Shown here piece by piece: positions 59,597-64,000 of a stretch of DNA of 64,000 bases (position 1 is the stretch's first letter; every line of letters starts with the position of its first letter). The position numbers were made by a program, and so were the translations under genes. Source of the DNA: a virus (lineage: Duplodnaviria; Caudoviricetes). The stretch is taken from the IMG/VR virus record IMGVR_UViG_3300031555_003117, positions 10,140-74,139 of that record. The stretch is one strand, 5' to 3'. The notes under the pieces were generated by a model, which made no database searches, was not told the DNA's origin, and saw only the letters and a list, made by a program, of their open reading frames with translations.

Positions 59597-62500
59597 GTGG
59601 AGGAAAACGCAATGCACGACAGAGATTATTATACTGCGCAAATTGCCCTTGAAATTGAGAAGATAGAAACCGCTTTGAATACGATCAAGCGCCGCGCCTG
59701 CTGCGCTAGCCCCAACGCAAGCACGGAAACGCTTGAAAACTGGCTTCAATACATTCATTCTGCACGACTTCAGACCGAAGCCGCCGCCATCGCAAAAAGG
59801 ATTTAATAAAATGGAGGTTTTAACAATGAAAACCATCTGCAGCCCCAGGGTAGTTATTGACCGCATTCCCGGAAATTGCAGCCGCTTCAATGTTCAGTTG
59901 TGGTACAGCTTCGACGGCGGGAAAACGTTTGTTTATTCTGGCTATGGAAAATTCTTTGATGATGTTCATGAGAGCGCGGCATTTATTCGGAAACATCGTT
60001 CACCTATACCAGAATTTCCGATTATTACCCAGAAGCGCCAAAGTGTCTATGAAGCAATCGCGGAAAATGACGAGGGAATCCCCATGATCTGCGGTTATCG
60101 TGGCAGGGCTTGCCGTGTGATGGACAAACCGGAAGGGGCAAATCGTGCACTGTGCTATAACTGCAAATTGGCTGAATATTGCCATAATGTGGAAATGATG
60201 GAGTACGCCACACAGGAGGAAACTTAAATGCGCACGATCTACGCACTGAAGAAGCACGCTGCAAGCCTCTATGAAAGGGGCGTGCACAGCGAAAACCTGG
60301 CTGCGATTAAAGCGGAATGCGCTGGACACGATGGCGAAGCCTATTATATTTCTATTCAAATATCTTACATAGAGCAGGAGAAAAGGAAGGAGGCGCGGGA
60401 GTGGTGATTTGGATTCGGTCAAAGGTTGTCCCTAATGCACGTTGGGAGATCAAACAGGAAATTCTCCGCACGGATGCAGGAAACCGCGCATTGAAAGTCT
60501 GCCCGGAAATAATGAAAGAAGAAAACGAATTTATAGCAAATTACAACCCAGTGATCTACTGCAACGATTTAACCGGTGAATCATGGTGTTATGATACAAA
60601 ACTTCCCTCTGGCGGATGGTTGGAAAACATAACGCCGACCTGGGGCGCGGATGGTACGCGCATTTTCAGGGCGTTGATCTGGTGTTGATAATGGAGGTTG
60701 ATTAGGTGTGTCGATTCTGGTTCTTATGAGCGGCGCTTGCCTTATTTGCGCCATTGACGAAGCTATACAGCCGATTCGTAATTACATGAATCGCCCCAAA
60801 GTTTACCGCAAGCAGAACAAAAACAGGAGGTTTGTATAAATGACGTTCAATGAGTTTAAACCCCGTGTATATGGTGAGTATAGGAAAATTTTCAACCGCT
60901 GCCCTTGCAATGTTGAATTGATCGAGGAAACGCAGGAAAAATATATGCGCATTGTCTGCCATATTGCCGAAGAAGCAGATAGAATCAATTCGGATGGTTT
61001 GAACCTGGTTTTCCGGGTTGATTTGCCGGAGGACTACGCAGGCGGGGAACTTCCTGAAAAAGTGAAAATGATTGCTTGTCGGAAATCCTACGCCACGAAA
61101 GACGGAGAAAAGGCGCTGCCCATGCGTCAAACCAGCGGAAGCCCGAAAAAGGTTTTGCGCATGCTGTACCGCAATTTTGAGATTCTGAGAGATGCGCTGA
61201 AAGCGGATTTGCACGCCGGAAAACTTCCTCCTGCATGGGCGCAGGTGGTTTCTGAAAGGATTTGAAGAAATGAAATACCATAAAATCCCAGGCGTTGCAA
61301 TGGATATTTGTACTGCCGAACAAAAGATAGCCTATAACATTGCTTTTAGATTGCATGTTTCGTATCAAGACAAATATAATGCGCTTGATTCTGAATTTAC
61401 CAAATCCGATGCAGTACGGAAAATGGTTGAACGGGGGATGAAGAATTACCGTATGGCTTATGGTTACAGAAAAGACTGTTACAACGAGGATGCAATCTTT
61501 GCCGCTCTGGGTGCTGGTCTGAAGAATTATTTGGATGGAAAATCCCATATAAAGGGGAGTTATGAGGAAATCGGCAAAGCATTTCCTGCACACTACAAGG
61601 AGGTTAAACCATGTTGCATGTAATCGCCGTAGAAGTTCGGAGGTTTTACAAGTGCTATGTTGAGGATGAAAATAGCGAAATGACCGAGAAACAAGCAGAG
61701 GAAAAGGCGCGGCAGATGATCGCCGAAGATGTGGGAAACGCCTTAACCGAAGATATTGAGCTAGATATGGAAGCAGGCGACGTCCTTAGCCTTCGCTATG
61801 ACTACCCTGTGTACGCATAAAACATATCAAGAGTTGGAGGAATATAAAATGGCCTGTGCTGGCTGGTGCGGAAAGTGCTGTGCAGATTGCAAAAAGCCTT
61901 GCGCCCTGGATGCTTCTATGACATGTTCGCCGGATTGTCCATTGCTTGGCTTGGATGGTTTACCCATTAATCCGGCAGAGTGTAGACGAAACGGCTGTAA
62001 TGCCCTGTACTATGAAACATAAACGGAGGAAAGCATGTGAAACGCTATGTGATTGAGTTTGCAAATGATCTTTTGCGAATGGATAGAAATGCGAAGCTCA
62101 TGAAGCCCTGTTACTGGAAAGATAGGAAAAGCAAGATAGGCAGAATCGTACAGGTTTACAAGTCCGGCTTGATTACGGAATGCGAAGCAATGCGGCTGCT
62201 TGCTGATGTATAGGAGGAAACCATGGAAAAACGCTGGGTGATCGTAGCGCAAAACGAAGCCGGAAAGATTGTATTCTTCTATAAATGGATAGACGAAACG
62301 GAACCGGCGCAGCTTGAAAACTTTGTGTATGAGGTGAAGGGCTGGAAGGTGGAAATACTTGCAAAGTATAGGGAAGAAGATGTTATAGAGCATTGCCAGC
62401 TATAAGGAGTAGAACATGGAAAAGAAAAAGCGCTTTCAAATTGTAACCTATTTTACGGATAGCGGATTTGATGATAAGGAAGATACAAGAAGTATTGCAG

Positions 62501-62846
62501 AAGCCCGCAAAATCGTTTCTAAGGAGCATACAGATGCGGACGGAACTGCGGTTTGGGATAGACGGAAAAAGGCTTACAGGCGTGTTTGTGGCATTTTCCC
62601 GACTGAAGAAAGAATCCTGGATTATGCGCTGGTTTACTAGGAGGTGCGCTTATGCTGCATAAAGTCAAAATCATTGAAACCATCAGCAAGACGGAATATG
62701 TAGAAGCGGAAACAAAGGAAGAAGCGGTAAATGTCGCGTTGCAGCTCTATGATAATGGCGAAGTGGATATGGAAAAGAACATTGATCTTGTAGTGCATCT
62801 TCAGTATATCGGCGTAGATGATGAAGAAACGGAGGGAAAAGCGTGA
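59597..62846 (+). other. Cluster of tightly packed small early genes (about 59611-59806, 59826-60227, 60228-60407, 60404-60688, 60840-61265, 61270-61623, 61611-61820, 61849-62022, 62037-62213, 62223-62405, 62416-62640, 62652-62846)
   Basis: Most have a GGAGG-type RBS or overlapping start/stop. 62652-62846 (KVKIIETISKTEYVEAETKEEAV) resembles DpnD/PcfM-like proteins. No other functions recognised. Confidence 0.6.
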
Positions 62847-63298
62847 ACGCTTACTATATTACGATTGTTGATAATCCAATCTCGGATTTTCACAGAAGCA
62901 AGATCATTATTCACAAGCCCAGCGGTTATTACTTCGCAGAATTTGACAGCATCGAGCAGTTGGATTTCTTTGCTGAAACCCTGGGATTTACCTATGAGCA
63001 GTATGATGAACGAACCAGCACCAGCAATGACCGCTACAACTATGGTGTAATGCGTTTCTGCCGAATTTCCCATGAGATTGAGGATAATTCGCCTGGTGGA
63101 TTCTGGAAGCTGTCCGAACTTCCCATTGAAGCAAAGCCCATCAAGGCGCTTTCCAATGGCTCTATCGTAACTTGCTATTACTATAACGACGGAAAGAAAA
63201 TCGGCTTTTACCGCCCGAACCCCAATGCAAAGGAAGTATATCATCCTTTGACGCTGGAACAGCATATTCAGCATGTGAAAATCTATGGTTTGTACTAA
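62843..63298 (+). CDS. Early hypothetical protein
   Basis: 151 aa, translationally coupled on both sides. Confidence 0.6.
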   Translation: MNAYYITIVDNPISDFHRSKIIIHKPSGYYFAEFDSIEQLDFFAETLGFTYEQYDERTSTSNDRYNYGVMRFCRISHEIEDNSPGGFWKLSELPIEAKPIKALSNGSIVTCYYYNDGKKIGFYRPNPNAKEVYHPLTLEQHIQHVKIYGLY

Positions 63299-63315
63299 TG
63301 ACAGGAGGAACAGAA

Positions 63316-63924
63316 ATGGAAATCAGAATCATTAACAACATTCCCGGCGCAAACGTTACCTTTGATCGTGAATTGGATGGAAGTTATATCGTTGAAATCA
63401 CCCAGGAAAGCAGGCTGGCGCTCGGTATGATCGAGTGTGGCGAAACTGTAAAAATCGGAAACCGTGAATATATTGTTCTGGAACAGCTTGAAAGCTCCAC
63501 CGCTGTCATCTGCAAGGAGTTTGCAAAGGAAATGGAGTTCGGCGATAGTGGAGATTGGAAGGAAAGCGCTGTCCGTGAATATTGCAATGGCGAATTCTAT
63601 AACGAACTGGCCGCAGCGGTCGGCGCGGAAAACATCCTGAAGCATACGGTTGATCTTCTGGCGCAGGATGGAATGGGTGTGGGCGAAAGTTCTGAGGAAT
63701 TTGTTTCCCTGCTTACTCTGGATATGTACAGGAAGTACAGAAAGTATTTGCCGAACTACGGCAAGTGGTGGTGGCTGGCTACTCGCCTGAATGCTGATGA
63801 TAAAGATTATGCTCGCATCGTCTGTTGCGTCAATTCCATTGGCGTTCTGTTCTGGTACGACTGTGGTTACTCCTACGGTGTGCGCCCGTTTTGTATCTTG
63901 AAATCTTCAGTTCTTGTATCTTGA
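63316..63924 (+). CDS. C-type-lectin-fold (DUF6273-like) protein with a VR-like C-terminus
   Basis: W.ES.VR.Y.NGEF...VSLLTLD.YRKYR...WWWLAT...YGVRPFCIL; RBS AGGAGG. Confidence 0.7.
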   Translation: MEIRIINNIPGANVTFDRELDGSYIVEITQESRLALGMIECGETVKIGNREYIVLEQLESSTAVICKEFAKEMEFGDSGDWKESAVREYCNGEFYNELAAAVGAENILKHTVDLLAQDGMGVGESSEEFVSLLTLDMYRKYRKYLPNYGKWWWLATRLNADDKDYARIVCCVNSIGVLFWYDCGYSYGVRPFCILKSSVLVS

Positions 63925-64000
63925 TTGAAATGTACGAATAAAAAGGAGGTTCCCGATGATTACAGATGCTACTCTGTGCGTGGTAAATGTTTCATATATG

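Noticed and set aside
58739-59890. 383-aa minus-strand track ORF
   Set aside because: Antisense shadow of RBS-supported plus-strand genes and of the hammerhead-like motif.

Overview
This window is part of a large Firmicutes (Clostridia-like) siphophage or prophage with SPbeta-like organisation. Positions 1-55.7 kb are one minus-strand late region. In transcription order it holds a YonO-like single-subunit RNA polymerase, two tRNAs, a phosphoesterase, HU, terminase, portal, protease, capsid, tail genes, RecU, a tyrosine recombinase, the tape measure protein (TMP), Dit, the tail hub, the lysis genes and a DGR. A 1.2 kb non-coding switch region follows, then a plus-strand cluster of small early genes. 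Main results: (1) A DGR with target gene, VR, Avd, TR and RT; the RT runs off the window edge and is missing from the ORF track. (2) Five group I introns, read from guide-sequence pairing and reading-frame restoration: three in the TMP, one in TerL and one in the RNA polymerase. Three carry homing-endonuclease-like ORFs of three different families. (3) TMP intron 1 (2.7 kb) has no nuclease. It carries four passenger genes on both strands, its own promoters and a terminator-like hairpin facing TMP transcription, so it is a candidate split, trans-splicing intron and cargo locus. (4) TMP intron 3 hides a type I toxin-antitoxin-like cassette between convergent promoters that form a 22-bp inverted repeat. 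(5) The early region has one consensus and one variant hammerhead ribozyme, plus a DGR-target-like gene that does not match the local TR. Product names come from motif recognition and gene order only; no database searches were run.
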